A stretch of DNA of 64,000 bases from an uncultured cyanobacterium (GTDB lineage Bacteria; Cyanobacteriota; Cyanobacteriia; Cyanobacteriales; CAWUOF01). Position numbers and translations under genes: made by a program. The notes under the pieces are model-generated. The model made no database searches. It had not been told where the DNA came from and saw only the letters and a list, made by a program, of their open reading frames with translations. Positions 43,719 through 54,712 of the stretch are shown one piece after another. Numbering within the stretch: the first letter of the stretch is position 1; every line of letters begins with the position of its first letter. The DNA lies in assembly GCA_963744145.1 (NCBI GenBank), contig CAVUSO010000001.1, forward strand, positions 6,240,001-6,304,000. The letters are read 5' to 3'.

Positions 43719-44060
43719 TTATGGTCTGTTGTAAGGGCGAATACCACTAACACTTTCCCGGAATTGTTCTACAGCTTCGGTGTAGCGAATCGGTAGAACA
43801 TATTCGAGGTTTTCATGGGGACGGGCAATTATATGGGTGGATAGGACTTGACCACCATTTACCCGCTTGACTGACTCGACCCCTGCGGCTACAGAAGCTT
43901 GTACTTCTGAGACATCACCACGGACAATGACGGTGACGCGGGCGCTACCAATTTTTTCATAGCCTACTAGGGTAACGCGGGCAGCTTTCACCATTGCATC
44001 AGCTGCTTCGACTACGGCAGGAAAGCCCAGGGTTTCGATCATTCCAACTGCAATTGCCAT
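43719..44060 (-). CDS. ccmK1: Carboxysome shell hexamer CcmK1 (longer C-terminus)
   Basis: [29 protein letters not shown]; 113 aa. Confidence 0.9.
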   Translation of the reverse strand: MAIAVGMIETLGFPAVVEAADAMVKAARVTLVGYEKIGSARVTVIVRGDVSEVQASVAAGVESVKRVNGGQVLSTHIIARPHENLEYVLPIRYTEAVEQFRESVSGIRPYNRP

Positions 44061-44149
44061 TTTGTACTCCGTTCATTAAATGAAAATTTTTGAGAATTAA
44101 CTACTGTAATTACCACTTACTGGTTGTCAAGCAAGCTGGTTATTTTTAC

Positions 44150-44458
44150 TTAGGTCCGAAACTGTTCTACTGATTCTGTGTAACGAATCGGCAGTACATA
44201 TTCTAAGTTTTCATGGGGACGAGCAATAATATGGGTAGATACTACTTCCCCACCATTGACTCGTTTAGCTGCTTCAATTCCTGCGGACACAGAAGCTTGG
44301 ACCTCTGATACATCCCCACGCACAATTACGGTGACACGAGCGCTACCGATCTTTTCGTAACCCACTAAAGTTACACGAGCGGCTTTGACCATTGCGTCTG
44401 CCGCTTCCACGACAGCCGGAAAGCCCTTTGTTTCAATCATTCCCACCGCAATTGGCAT
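44150..44458 (-). CDS. ccmK2: Carboxysome shell hexamer CcmK2
   Basis: [29 protein letters not shown]; 102 aa. Confidence 0.9.
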   Translation of the reverse strand: MPIAVGMIETKGFPAVVEAADAMVKAARVTLVGYEKIGSARVTVIVRGDVSEVQASVSAGIEAAKRVNGGEVVSTHIIARPHENLEYVLPIRYTESVEQFRT

Positions 44459-45082
44459 TTTTGGTCTCCTTCTGGATCACTAAAGTTAATGGTGCAAAGC
44501 TTTGAGAAAATTTTCGACGGTAACGCCTATGATTTCTAGCTAAGAGCAAACTATTTAAGTTTCTCTATATCAAGAATAGGTGAATCCTGACTTCCTTGAC
44601 AATATAAATAATTATGATATAAACTAATTATACCTATTAATATAACTAATATCAATATATATTAAAATTTTATTAATAAAAGTTATATTTAATGTTATAA
44701 AACCCGTAAACCATCTCATCCACTCCAATTTGGAAAGAAAATGATATGGGGCAAAAGAGTAAGGCGATGAGAATCGTCAACCGAAAAAAAGATTGTCCGG
44801 ATGATCTACTTTGATGATCAAGGACTAATCAGTAAGAAGCTAAATCTAAGTACAAATACTGATTAATTCGGTTTGTATAAGTAAAATTTAGATTTCTGAT
44901 CAGCAATTTTTCTCACCCATCAGGTTTAAGTTATAATTACTTAGGAGTAAAGATGATCAACAGAAAAACTCATTTGTCAAAAAGATTTAGTCGGTGTTGA
45001 GAACCATATCCTTAAATTTTCAAAAGACAGAAAGTATTTTAAAAAGACTGGATTTACATTGAGAACTTAAAGGGCAGTTTGA

Positions 45083-46933
45083 ATGAATGAATTTCTCCTC
45101 CAAACAAGTTGGTGGGTGCCTTGTTATGGCTTAATTGGTGCAATTTTAACCCTACCTTGGTCGATCGGGATGATTCGACGGACTGGACCAAGACCAGCAG
45201 CTTATTTTAATCTATTGATGACAGTTATAGCTTTTATCCATGGCGGGATCGTGTTCCGCATGACCTGGAATCAGGAAAATATTCAGATCATCATTCATTG
45301 GTTAAAAGCAGCAGATTTAGACTTATCGCTGACCTTAGAAATTTCTGCCGTTAGTGTGGGGGCAATGGAGTTAATTACTGGGTTAAGTTTATTAGCTCAG
45401 TTATTTGCGATCGGATATATGGAGAAAGACTGGGCGCTAGCTCGTTTTTTTTCCTTGATGGGATTTTTTGAAGGGGCGATGAGTGGGCTGGTGTTAAGTA
45501 ATTCCTTATTTCTTAGCTATGCTTTGTTAGAAATGCTCACGCTATCAACTTATCTATTAGTCGGATTTTGGTATGCTCAACGGTTGGTAGTGACAGCAGC
45601 AAGAGACGCATTTCTCACCAAGCGGGTAGGAGATATATTATTGCTAATGGGAGTAGTCGTATTAGCAACTCAAGCAGGAAGTTTAGATTTTCCTGATTTA
45701 TATGAATGGGTAGAGACTGCGAATTTATCTCCACTGACCGCCACATTACTAGGGTTAGCTTTAATTGCTGGACCGACAGGTAAATGCGCTCAATTTCCCC
45801 TACATATGTGGTTAGATGAAGCCATGGAAGGACCAAACCCAGCTTCATTATTGCGAAATTCCGTGGTAGTCAGTAGCGGTGCCTATATTCTGATTAAACT
45901 TCAGCCGATCTTGGTGCTTTCCCCTGTCGCTTTAAATACTTTAGTGGTGATTGGGACAATGACAGCCATTGGGGCTTCAATGGTAGCGATCGCCCAAATC
46001 GATATCAAACGAGCCCTATCCCATTCTACCAGCGCCTATTTGGGGATGGTATTTATTGCCGTAGGAATGCAATGGACAGATGTGGCTTTAATGCTACTCT
46101 TTACCCATGCGATCGCCAAAGCACTCTTGTTTATGAGTGTGGGTTCGATTATTCTCACTACTAATAATCAAGACTTAACTCAGATGGGCGGTTTGTGGTC
46201 GCGGATGCCCGCTACTACTACTGCTTTTATTGTCGGTTCATTTGGTTTAGTTGGGTTCCTACCTTTAGGGGGTTTTTGGTCTTTCCTGAAAGCCGTAGAG
46301 ACTTTTTGGATTCAACAACCTTGGTTAGTAGTCGTGTTTTTACTGGTCAATTGTTTAACCGCTTTAAACCTCACCCGTGTATTTCGTCTGGTATTTTTAA
46401 GTAAATCTCAAGAAAAAACCCGCAGAACACCGGAAATTGCTTGGCCAATGGCAGTGCCCATCGTAACTTTAATTATCGTTAACCTGTTAGTCCCGTTAAT
46501 GATGCAGTCGCTATTAATATTGCCAGATTGGAATTACATCAATTATCAGATTGTTGTCCTGATCATATTATCTGGTGGAATTGGGATTTTTTTAGGAGGA
46601 ATTGTTTATCTTAATCGTACCTGGGCTAGACCCCTATTAATTCCGTTGCGATTTCTGCAAGATTTCTTAGCTTATGATTTTTACATCGATCGTCTCTATC
46701 GGGTCACGGTAGTATTTGCTGTGAGTAAATTTTCTCAAATCAGTGCTTGGATTGACCGCAATGTGATCGATGGATTAGTAAATCTAGTAGGAATCGCAAC
46801 TATTTTCAGTGGTCAAGGCTTAAAATATAACGTTTCTGGTCAGTCACAACTTTATATACTGACAATTGTTTTAGGAGTCAGTCTGTTGTTAATTGCCATT
46901 GCTACAGGTGGTAATTTCGGCATCGGTTTTTAG
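45083..46933 (+). CDS. ndhF4: NDH-1 CO2-uptake subunit NdhF4
   Basis: RRTGPRPAAY, GKCAQFPLHMWLDEAMEGPNP; operon with a CupB-sized protein next to ccm. Confidence 0.88.
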   Translation: MNEFLLQTSWWVPCYGLIGAILTLPWSIGMIRRTGPRPAAYFNLLMTVIAFIHGGIVFRMTWNQENIQIIIHWLKAADLDLSLTLEISAVSVGAMELITGLSLLAQLFAIGYMEKDWALARFFSLMGFFEGAMSGLVLSNSLFLSYALLEMLTLSTYLLVGFWYAQRLVVTAARDAFLTKRVGDILLLMGVVVLATQAGSLDFPDLYEWVETANLSPLTATLLGLALIAGPTGKCAQFPLHMWLDEAMEGPNPASLLRNSVVVSSGAYILIKLQPILVLSPVALNTLVVIGTMTAIGASMVAIAQIDIKRALSHSTSAYLGMVFIAVGMQWTDVALMLLFTHAIAKALLFMSVGSIILTTNNQDLTQMGGLWSRMPATTTAFIVGSFGLVGFLPLGGFWSFLKAVETFWIQQPWLVVVFLLVNCLTALNLTRVFRLVFLSKSQEKTRRTPEIAWPMAVPIVTLIIVNLLVPLMMQSLLILPDWNYINYQIVVLIILSGGIGIFLGGIVYLNRTWARPLLIPLRFLQDFLAYDFYIDRLYRVTVVFAVSKFSQISAWIDRNVIDGLVNLVGIATIFSGQGLKYNVSGQSQLYILTIVLGVSLLLIAIATGGNFGIGF

Positions 46934-46968
46934 GAAAATATCCACTTAATAAAAAGTTCCAAATAATT

Positions 46969-48453
46969 ATGCTCAGTGTTTTAATTGGGGTGCCATTATT
47001 AGGTGCCGTTGCGATTGGATTTTGGCCAGGAAATAGCGCAGCGAAGAACTACCGTTTGATGGCTTTAGCGATCGCGATCAGCTTATTATTCTGGACATTA
47101 ATGATCGGATTTAAGTTCAATCCAGAAATCTCCGGAATGCAATTTTCTGAGAATATTCCTTGGATTGATGCTTTAGGTTTAACCTATAACATTGGCATTG
47201 ATGGGTTATCTTTACCCCTAATGATTTTAAATAGTTTACTAACTTGTATTGCTATTTATAGCAGTGATAGTAGTATAGTTAGACCCCGGTTTTACTACTC
47301 GCTAATCTTAATATTAAATGCGGGAGTAGTCGGTGCATTTGTAGCCCAAGACTTACTGTTATTTTTCCTATTTTATGAACTAGAACTAATTCCCTTGTAT
47401 TTATTAATTGCGATTTGGGGTAGTGCTAATCGAGGCTATGCTGCGACCAAATTCCTTTTGTATACAGCAGTTTCGGGAATTTTAATTCTCGCTTCATTTT
47501 TGGGAATTGTTTGGTTGAGTGGTTCTACTACCTTTGCTTTACAAACAATCGATGTAACCAATCTGAATGAGAAAACACAATTGTTATTACTGGCAGGACT
47601 TTTAATCGGTTTTGGGATTAAAATTCCTTTAGTACCTTTTCATACTTGGTTACCAGATGCTCATGTAGAAGCTTCCACCCCTGTTTCAGTTTTACTAGCA
47701 GGGATACTATTAAAACTAGGTACTTATGGGATCATCAAATTTGGCTTAGGATTATTACCTTTAGCTTGGACAATTCTAGCGCCTTGGTTAGCAGTTTGGG
47801 CAGCAATCAGTGTAATTTATGGCGCTCTAAACGCGATCGCTCAAAAAGATATGAAAAAGATGGTAGCTTTTTCATCAGTTGGGCACATGGGTTATATTCT
47901 GCTAGCTGCAGCTGCTGCGACTCCACTTAGTCTAATTGGAGCGATCTTCCAAATGATTAGTCATGGACTAATATCTGGACTCCTATTTTTATTAGTGGGA
48001 GTTGTTTATAAAAAAACTGGGACTCGCGATTTAGATTTACTGGAAGGTTTGTTAAATCCAGAAAGAGGAATGCCAGTAATTGGTAGTCTAATGATCATGG
48101 GAGTAATGGCAAGTGCAGGAATTCCTGGGATGATTGGTTTTATTGCTGAATTTTTAGTATTTCGAGGTAGTTTTCCAGTATTTCCAGTACCAACAATCAT
48201 ATGTATGGTAGGAACTGGTTTAACTGCGGTATACTTTCTACTCTTAATCAACCGCGCTTTCTTTGGTCGTCTTTCAGCCCAAGCAAAAAATTTACCACCA
48301 GTTTTGTGGAGCGATCGCATTCCCTCAGTAATTTTAGCATTATTGATCATTATTTTAGGATTACAACCAAGTTGGATAGTTTTCTTAAGTGAGAATTCCC
48401 TCACTGCAATGGTCAATCAGAGTAAAGCGATCGCCCAAATCACAAATATATAA
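46969..48453 (+). CDS. ndhD4: NDH-1 CO2-uptake subunit NdhD4
   Basis: LFYELELIPLY, PFHTWLPDAHVEAS, LLNPERG. Confidence 0.88.
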   Translation: MLSVLIGVPLLGAVAIGFWPGNSAAKNYRLMALAIAISLLFWTLMIGFKFNPEISGMQFSENIPWIDALGLTYNIGIDGLSLPLMILNSLLTCIAIYSSDSSIVRPRFYYSLILILNAGVVGAFVAQDLLLFFLFYELELIPLYLLIAIWGSANRGYAATKFLLYTAVSGILILASFLGIVWLSGSTTFALQTIDVTNLNEKTQLLLLAGLLIGFGIKIPLVPFHTWLPDAHVEASTPVSVLLAGILLKLGTYGIIKFGLGLLPLAWTILAPWLAVWAAISVIYGALNAIAQKDMKKMVAFSSVGHMGYILLAAAAATPLSLIGAIFQMISHGLISGLLFLLVGVVYKKTGTRDLDLLEGLLNPERGMPVIGSLMIMGVMASAGIPGMIGFIAEFLVFRGSFPVFPVPTIICMVGTGLTAVYFLLLINRAFFGRLSAQAKNLPPVLWSDRIPSVILALLIIILGLQPSWIVFLSENSLTAMVNQSKAIAQITNI

Positions 48454-48465
48454 TAAATAGAAAAT

Positions 48466-49605
48466 ATGACACACACCAGTTTAAAGCCTTCTAAACATCC
48501 ATTAGCAACCTATGTTCAACGCTTAGAAAACGGAGTAGGACTTTTACCTGACTCTCCCCAGAACTTGATGGAGGTGGTCGGTATTCTCAAAAGCTATGGC
48601 ATAGTTTTAGATGCTTACTCTCAGAATCTAATTTACATAGCAGACCATCAATTTTTAGTTTTGTTTCCTTTTTTCAAATATTTCAATGGAGAAATCACCC
48701 TATCTAAGTTATTGCGTCACTGGTGGCATGATCGAATTAATTTTGAATATGCTGAATATTGTATGCGAACAATGCTTTGGCATGGAGGTGGAGGATTAGA
48801 TCAGTATTTAGATTCGGCTCAATTTAGCGAATTAGCAGAAACAGCGATTCAAGCCAAAATTAAAAATGATTTTATCATTCAAGGACTCCATCGAATATTT
48901 CCTGACTTTTTACCAGAGCAGGTCAGAGTCCAATGTTATTATAGTGGCTTAGGTCAATTTTGGCGAGTCATGTCAGACATATTTATTTCTTTGTCTGATT
49001 TATATGATCAAGGGAAAATTAAGTCAATTCCTGAAGTTGTCAGTCATATTAAAAATGGCTTAGTAGAAGCGGCGAATAAACCGATTACTTATGCTGTTAC
49101 GATCAAAGGAGAAAATTATGAAATTATCCCTCCATCAATTGGGTTAACATTTTTATCAGACACAGCTATTCCTTATGTAGAAGCGGTTTTTTTCCGAGGT
49201 ACACCGTTTTTAGGAACAGTTTCATTTAATGCTCAAGCTTACGAAATTCCCTTTGACCAAAAACTATTTACATACGGAGCTCTATACGCAGATCCTTTAC
49301 CAATTGGTGGTGCGGGAATTCCCCCAACTTTACTAATGCAAGATATGCGTCATTTTCTCCCAGAATATCTACATAACATCTATCGTCATACTCGTCGAGG
49401 AGAAGATGATTTACGGGTATTAATTTGTCAGAGTTTTCAAAAATCAATGTTTTGTGTAACTACAGCAACAATTATGGGATTAGCTCCCTATCCGATCGAT
49501 ACTGAGGATTTAGAACAGCAAAAAGCTAATCGTATTTATTTAGAAAAGTGGATGGACCGATTTTCAACTTCTCAATTGAATAATGTGCAAACTGACCTAG
49601 TTTAA
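48466..49605 (+). CDS. cupB: CO2 hydration protein CupB (ChpX)
   Basis: WHDRINFEYAEYC, GAGIPPTLLMQDMRH; 379 aa fits CupB rather than the longer CupA. Confidence 0.88.
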   Translation: MTHTSLKPSKHPLATYVQRLENGVGLLPDSPQNLMEVVGILKSYGIVLDAYSQNLIYIADHQFLVLFPFFKYFNGEITLSKLLRHWWHDRINFEYAEYCMRTMLWHGGGGLDQYLDSAQFSELAETAIQAKIKNDFIIQGLHRIFPDFLPEQVRVQCYYSGLGQFWRVMSDIFISLSDLYDQGKIKSIPEVVSHIKNGLVEAANKPITYAVTIKGENYEIIPPSIGLTFLSDTAIPYVEAVFFRGTPFLGTVSFNAQAYEIPFDQKLFTYGALYADPLPIGGAGIPPTLLMQDMRHFLPEYLHNIYRHTRRGEDDLRVLICQSFQKSMFCVTTATIMGLAPYPIDTEDLEQQKANRIYLEKWMDRFSTSQLNNVQTDLV

Positions 49606-49947
49606 TGATCTTTTATGCTAGTCATCTGAGAGGTTTCACTCGTTACTGAAATGTATTTGTCTTGATATTTTGCAGCACTTTAAATAAATAAACCAATAGG
49701 GTTCAGTTAACTGAACCGGATTGTATTATCTGCGAATTTTTAACCTTTCTTCTATTGAAGTAAAGCTAATTAAAGCGATCGCAATAATGTAGTTAAGATC
49801 AGAGCGTTCTCATCATCAACACCATCCCAAATTTGCTCTTTAAATATTAGAAAAAGTTAACTTAATTAAAATTAATTGAGTTGCCGATCCTTAGATATCT
49901 AAGGATATGATTACATTATCAGCAACCCGTGAATTAAGAAAATAGTT

Positions 49948-51231
49948 ATGTCTACCCAATTTAAAGCCGAAGTCTTTCAAAACCAATACCTACCCCAAGG
50001 TGCTTCAGAAGTCCATGCGATTATGACTGTGACCGTTGCAGGAGACGAAGGGATAGCCGCCCCTACTACTAATAATAGCAAAGTCTTTGGGATAATTTGT
50101 GATACCTCTGGCTCAATGCAAGGTCAAAAGATCCATGCAGCCAAAGAAGCGATCGCCAAAATCGTCAACTTATTACCCAATGATGCGGCATTTTTTATCG
50201 TCACAGGTTCAGGTATAGCCCGGGTAACTTGGTCCATGTCTCCAGCGACCCCTGAAAATAAACAACAAGCGATCGCAGCTCTCAAAAAAAACGATGCTAG
50301 CGGTGGTACGATTATTTCCCGATGGCTATCAGAAGCATTAAAAGAATTTGAAAAAATGCCCAATAGTGTCCGTCAAGCCTTACTATTGACAGACGGACAA
50401 AACGACGACTCAGACGAACAAAACCTCCTGAAAGTTCTGCAACAATGTGAAGGTGTTTTTCAATGTGACTGTCGAGGTGTAGGTACAGATTGGAGAGTCA
50501 AGCAACTACAAGTAATTTCCCAGAAACTTTTGGGTACTACCGACATAATTCCTAACGCAGCTATGATCGAAGCTGACTTCCAGAATATTCTGCAAAAAGC
50601 AATGACAAAAAGTGTCAGCGATGTAGCATTGCGTTTGTGGAATCCCCAGGGAGCCCAAGTATTATTTTGTAAACAAGTTAGCCCAGAAATTGTTGACTTG
50701 ACCCATCGCGCTAAAACTGTTAAACCTCAAGTATCAGACTATCCAACTGGTGCTTGGGGGAAAAATGAATCTCGTGAATATCATTTCTGCATTCAAGTCA
50801 AACCGGGTAATATCGGTGATGAAATGTTAGCAGGTCGAGCTAGCCTAATTTATACCCTAAACGGTGTAGAAAATAAGGTAGCTGAAGCTCGCATTTTGGC
50901 AGTTTGGACTGACGACGATGCAAAATCAACTAAAATTGATAAACGGGTTGCCCACTATACTGGACAAGCTGAACTAGCTCAGTCTATTCAAGAGGGACTA
51001 GAAGCTCGTGCGAGTGGTGATCTAGAAGTTGCTACGGTTAAATTGGGGAAAGCGGTGAAACTTGCCCATGAATCGGGTAATGAAGCAACAGCAAAACTCC
51101 TCAAAAAAGTAGTTGATATAGAAGATGCAGCCACGGGCACAGTAAAAATTAAACGCGATATTGCCAAAGAAGACACAATGGCACTAGAAACCCGTTCCAC
51201 CAAAACTACTCGCATTCCCAAGTCTTCTTAA
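49948..51231 (+). CDS. von Willebrand factor A domain protein
   Basis: MIDAS DTSGSM, LLTDGQN, CDCRGVGTDW, ETRSTKT C-terminus. Confidence 0.88.
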   Translation: MSTQFKAEVFQNQYLPQGASEVHAIMTVTVAGDEGIAAPTTNNSKVFGIICDTSGSMQGQKIHAAKEAIAKIVNLLPNDAAFFIVTGSGIARVTWSMSPATPENKQQAIAALKKNDASGGTIISRWLSEALKEFEKMPNSVRQALLLTDGQNDDSDEQNLLKVLQQCEGVFQCDCRGVGTDWRVKQLQVISQKLLGTTDIIPNAAMIEADFQNILQKAMTKSVSDVALRLWNPQGAQVLFCKQVSPEIVDLTHRAKTVKPQVSDYPTGAWGKNESREYHFCIQVKPGNIGDEMLAGRASLIYTLNGVENKVAEARILAVWTDDDAKSTKIDKRVAHYTGQAELAQSIQEGLEARASGDLEVATVKLGKAVKLAHESGNEATAKLLKKVVDIEDAATGTVKIKRDIAKEDTMALETRSTKTTRIPKSS

Positions 51232-51251
51232 TTAATCCTTAAAGCCTAGCT

Positions 51252-51941
51252 ATGTCTATCTACAAATGTCCAAAAGGTCACCAATCAACGGAGTCTGATT
51301 ATTGTTCTGAATGTGGTGTGAAAATTCCGGGGATCAATGAATCTACTGCGATCCCCAGTCTCGAAGCATCAACAATACCAGCATCTATTTCTCAGGTCAT
51401 CAATTGTCCTGATTGTGGTGCAATCTACGCAACAGGTAGTGGTAACTTCTGCGAAATTTGCGGTTATAACTTTATCACTGGGGCCGATGGTGAACTTCCT
51501 CTGGATTCATCAGCAATTTTCCAACCTAATTTAGGGTCATCCTCAGCCCCCAGTACCCAAACCCCAATAATTCATTGGGAATTAGTCGCTACCATTGATT
51601 CATCCTTGGGAAATGCTAACAGTCCTCCACCTCCGCTCAATCAACCTGCGATTACTTTTCGTTTAGATAAGGAAACTAATTTGATTGGACGTAGTAGCAA
51701 GCTAAAGGGTATTCGTCCAGAAATTTCTTTAGATTTTGATGATGCGGTTTCCCGTCGTCATGCCTTACTAATTCGTCAATTAGATGGTAGCTTCATTTTA
51801 CGTGATATTGGTTCTGCTAATGGTACGAAATTAAAAGGTGTAGAATTACAGCCCATGGTTGATGTCCCGATTAAAGAGGGTGATCAATTTACTCTCGGAC
51901 ATTGGACAAGAATCACGGTCAAAGTTATTCGTTTACCGTAA
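51252..51941 (+). CDS. Zinc-ribbon plus FHA domain protein
   Basis: CPKGH..YCSECG, CPDCG..FCEICG; IGRSS...VSRRHA...GSANGT. Confidence 0.88.
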   Translation: MSIYKCPKGHQSTESDYCSECGVKIPGINESTAIPSLEASTIPASISQVINCPDCGAIYATGSGNFCEICGYNFITGADGELPLDSSAIFQPNLGSSSAPSTQTPIIHWELVATIDSSLGNANSPPPPLNQPAITFRLDKETNLIGRSSKLKGIRPEISLDFDDAVSRRHALLIRQLDGSFILRDIGSANGTKLKGVELQPMVDVPIKEGDQFTLGHWTRITVKVIRLP

Positions 51942-52021
51942 AAATATAGTTTTTGTCAGATCATCTCGCTCAAGAACATCAGCTCATGGTGAATTTGGCC
52001 CGCCGATCTGATCGGCAGGAT

Positions 52022-52330
52022 CTAAACCTCACGTTGGTATTTTTCGAGAATATCGATCAAGTTAACTTGACATTGCATGGGGAGCAAATCTAGCAAGGGA
52101 ATTTCCCTTTTCCCACCTCCCACCTTAATGGGAATATTACTGAGAATTTGGGTCACTTGATCTTCCCCAACAGAATTGCTAGTTAGGAGTGGATAAACTT
52201 GTTCGGCTACAACTGTATGTAATTTAGCATCGCTTAAATAAAGGTGCCATTTAGCGATATCTATATAAATATTCTCGCCAATTTCTGTGGCGAGAGATTC
52301 AAGTAATTCGGTGGTATTTGTTTTAGCCAT
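52022..52330 (-). CDS. DUF3181-like thylakoid-associated protein
   Basis: IGENIYIDIAKWHLYL...GGGKREIPLLDLLP. Confidence 0.75.
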   Translation of the reverse strand: MAKTNTTELLESLATEIGENIYIDIAKWHLYLSDAKLHTVVAEQVYPLLTSNSVGEDQVTQILSNIPIKVGGGKREIPLLDLLPMQCQVNLIDILEKYQREV

Positions 52331-52377
52331 AAAAGTCAGTTTTTATTTTCCTAGAGAACTGAAATCCAAATCTACAA

Positions 52378-52626
52378 TTAGGCTGATGGCTCAGAGTAAT
52401 TGGCGATCGCCAAAACATAAATCCCATGAGCGCCCAATAACAAAGCCCAACCAACTGTGACTAATCCAGCCCAAGACCAATCCGCATGGTACAAAGTCCG
52501 GAAAAACCACAAACCAGAATTACTAGCGGCAAAAATGCTGACATGGAAGGCAAAATTCATCCGATCATCTAAACGACGATAATCAGGATCATGCCGATCG
52601 GGTTTTCGTGGTCAACGAGGGGGCAT
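52378..52626 (-). pseudogene. Conserved cyanobacterial 2TM protein with TGA at codon 5
   Basis: ATG CCC CCT CGT TGA CCA CGA AAA... = MPPR*PRKPDRHDPDYRRLDDRMNFA; recalled homologs read MPPRWPRKPDR. Confidence 0.65.
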
Positions 52627-52743
52627 AAAGTAATTTTCCTGAAAAATGACATTGCCGAATATAGCAGTTTTTGGACACTAATATTCAGACTACTACTATT
52701 TTTATTATAGCGGATTGAGGAGAAAAACGCAGCCCAGCGCCAA

Positions 52744-53826
52744 TTATCGAGGATTGCGATCCCAAGTAACTTGAGAAATTTGAGCTAACAAAGCTGCTTC
52801 TGCTTTAGGATCATTTAATGATTTAGCTAGCGCGATCGCTTGCAGATAAAAATTGCGAGATAAATTATATTGACCTAATTTTTGATAGAACTGACCAGCT
52901 AACTGGAACGATCGCATTTGTTGTAGAGGATTATTCTGCTCTTTTGCCAAAGCTAATCGCTGATTTAATAATTCCAAAGCCCGGGCATTGTTACCATTAA
53001 CATTATAAGTCTCTACCAAACCATCTAGAGCACGAAACTGATTAACTGGATCAAAACTTTGTTGAGCTAATCGCAAAGCAAGTCCATAAACATCTCTAGC
53101 GTCATCATAGTGAGTCAAATGTTGCTGAACATCTCCTAAAGAATTCATCGTGCTAGCTTCATTAATCGGATCATTAGCACTCCTCCACAATTCTAAAGCT
53201 TGATTATATTTCCCTAAAGCTGCTCCATAATTACCCAAATTAACTTCGACCAAACCAAGATTTTGCCAAGATAAAGCTTGACCAGCAAAACTTTGGATCT
53301 TAGTTGCGATCGTTAAAGCTTCATTAAAAGTTTTCTGCGCGGGAATTGGACTATTTTGTTTTAACAGAATAGTTCCCAATTGATTTAAACCAACCACCTG
53401 ACCTTGCAAATCCCGATGATTACGTGCGATCGCAATCCGACGACGAGCTGCATCATCAGCTTGATCATAACTTCCTAAACTCAAATAAACCTGACTCAGA
53501 TGATCATAAGTTAAAGCCATTGCATCTTCATCACCGATGTGGTGATAAATTTCCAATGCTTGTAACCAAGAATCAATCGCTTTTTCTGACTGACCACTAC
53601 TTTGCTGCTCACTACCTAACATGAACAAACGATCTGCTTCATTGCGATCAGCACCCTTTGTGCCATTATTAATTGGAATATCTAGTTGCTGATCAAGACT
53701 AACTGCGAAAACGGGGAAAGCTATCAACAGACCAGTACAACCAAATAACCAATAAACAGTAACCAGGATATTGCTAAAAGCCGAAATTCGGCGATCGCTT
53801 GGGTGCAAATAACTAGGTCGAACCAT
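52744..53826 (-). CDS. Tetratricopeptide repeat protein with signal/TM
   Basis: Repeated LG..Y..LG.Y..A...Y.QAL helices. Confidence 0.85.
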   Translation of the reverse strand: MVRPSYLHPSDRRISAFSNILVTVYWLFGCTGLLIAFPVFAVSLDQQLDIPINNGTKGADRNEADRLFMLGSEQQSSGQSEKAIDSWLQALEIYHHIGDEDAMALTYDHLSQVYLSLGSYDQADDAARRRIAIARNHRDLQGQVVGLNQLGTILLKQNSPIPAQKTFNEALTIATKIQSFAGQALSWQNLGLVEVNLGNYGAALGKYNQALELWRSANDPINEASTMNSLGDVQQHLTHYDDARDVYGLALRLAQQSFDPVNQFRALDGLVETYNVNGNNARALELLNQRLALAKEQNNPLQQMRSFQLAGQFYQKLGQYNLSRNFYLQAIALAKSLNDPKAEAALLAQISQVTWDRNPR

Positions 53827-53877
53827 CAGGTTTCCTCCGGTACTGCTAGAACAGAATTACTATTTATTATAGGAAAC

Positions 53878-54510
53878 CTAACCAACACCAACTTGAGCAG
53901 GAAAATAAATAGCCTTAATATCATCGGGTAAAGCTGCTTCTAGCAGTTGATAACCTTCTTGTAAACGAATTCTAATTTCTTGGGGAGACAAATTTTCACC
54001 TTCAGCTTGGAGATAAGCTGCAATTCGGGGTTCACTCCAGTGGAAAGTTTGCGCCATAACTATAATTAAACGTAGAGTTGCGGGTAATTGGTCTAACGCT
54101 AGTTGGACATAACACCATAGTGGAGGAGAAGCTTCTTTGAGAGAATAGTGAATTGATTCAACTGAGGGCAAATCTACTTGATTAATACATAAAGCTGTAA
54201 CATTTATTAACCAGTTTTGCAGAGTAAAATTACCAACTCCAGACATAGCTGCAACACTTAAATCTAAACCGCGCAATTCGTGGTAAATATGACGCCAAGT
54301 GAGAGCCAATAAGTAATCAGCTTGGACAGGGGACTTAGCTGAATTGCGAACTAAAGTATAAATAATGGGACTATAACGACAAAAAATAGCTGTGAAATAC
54401 TTCCCTTCTTCTGCATGACGCTGAAACAGGGTCAGGAGTTCAGTATCACTATGACGAGACAGCGATTTAATCATCGGATGATTAGTTTCAGGGAAATTAG
54501 GAATAGGCAT
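53878..54510 (-). CDS. Sigma-70 region-4-like (ECF-like) protein
   Basis: YFTAIFCRY, ALDQLPATLRLIIVM...IAAYL. Confidence 0.65.
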   Translation of the reverse strand: MPIPNFPETNHPMIKSLSRHSDTELLTLFQRHAEEGKYFTAIFCRYSPIIYTLVRNSAKSPVQADYLLALTWRHIYHELRGLDLSVAAMSGVGNFTLQNWLINVTALCINQVDLPSVESIHYSLKEASPPLWCYVQLALDQLPATLRLIIVMAQTFHWSEPRIAAYLQAEGENLSPQEIRIRLQEGYQLLEAALPDDIKAIYFPAQVGVG

Positions 54511-54613
54511 ACAATTCGGGGCTAAATTTTTTCATGGGTACACAGATATTATTTAATTATATCTGATCTCAGGGATTAGTAGTCAGGTCAGATCACTGAT
54601 CATAGTAATTTTC

Positions 54614-54641
54614 GTAGGGGCGTATTGCAATACGCCCCTAC
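54614..54641. repeat. Perfect 28-bp GTAG-REP palindrome
   Basis: GTAGGGGCGTATTGCAATACGCCCCTAC; related copies at 108, 6341, 21096, 37636, 62881. Confidence 0.9.
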
Positions 54642-54712
54642 TCATTAATGTTCTTGACCTTTATGTAACTTTGGTACTACATTTTGTAGTGCGGAATGTA
54701 GGTTTAAATTAT

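Noticed and set aside
41505..44458. Internal DNA repeats in ccmM and ccmK1/ccmK2 similarity
   Set aside because: Explained by RbcS-like domain repeats and known paralogy
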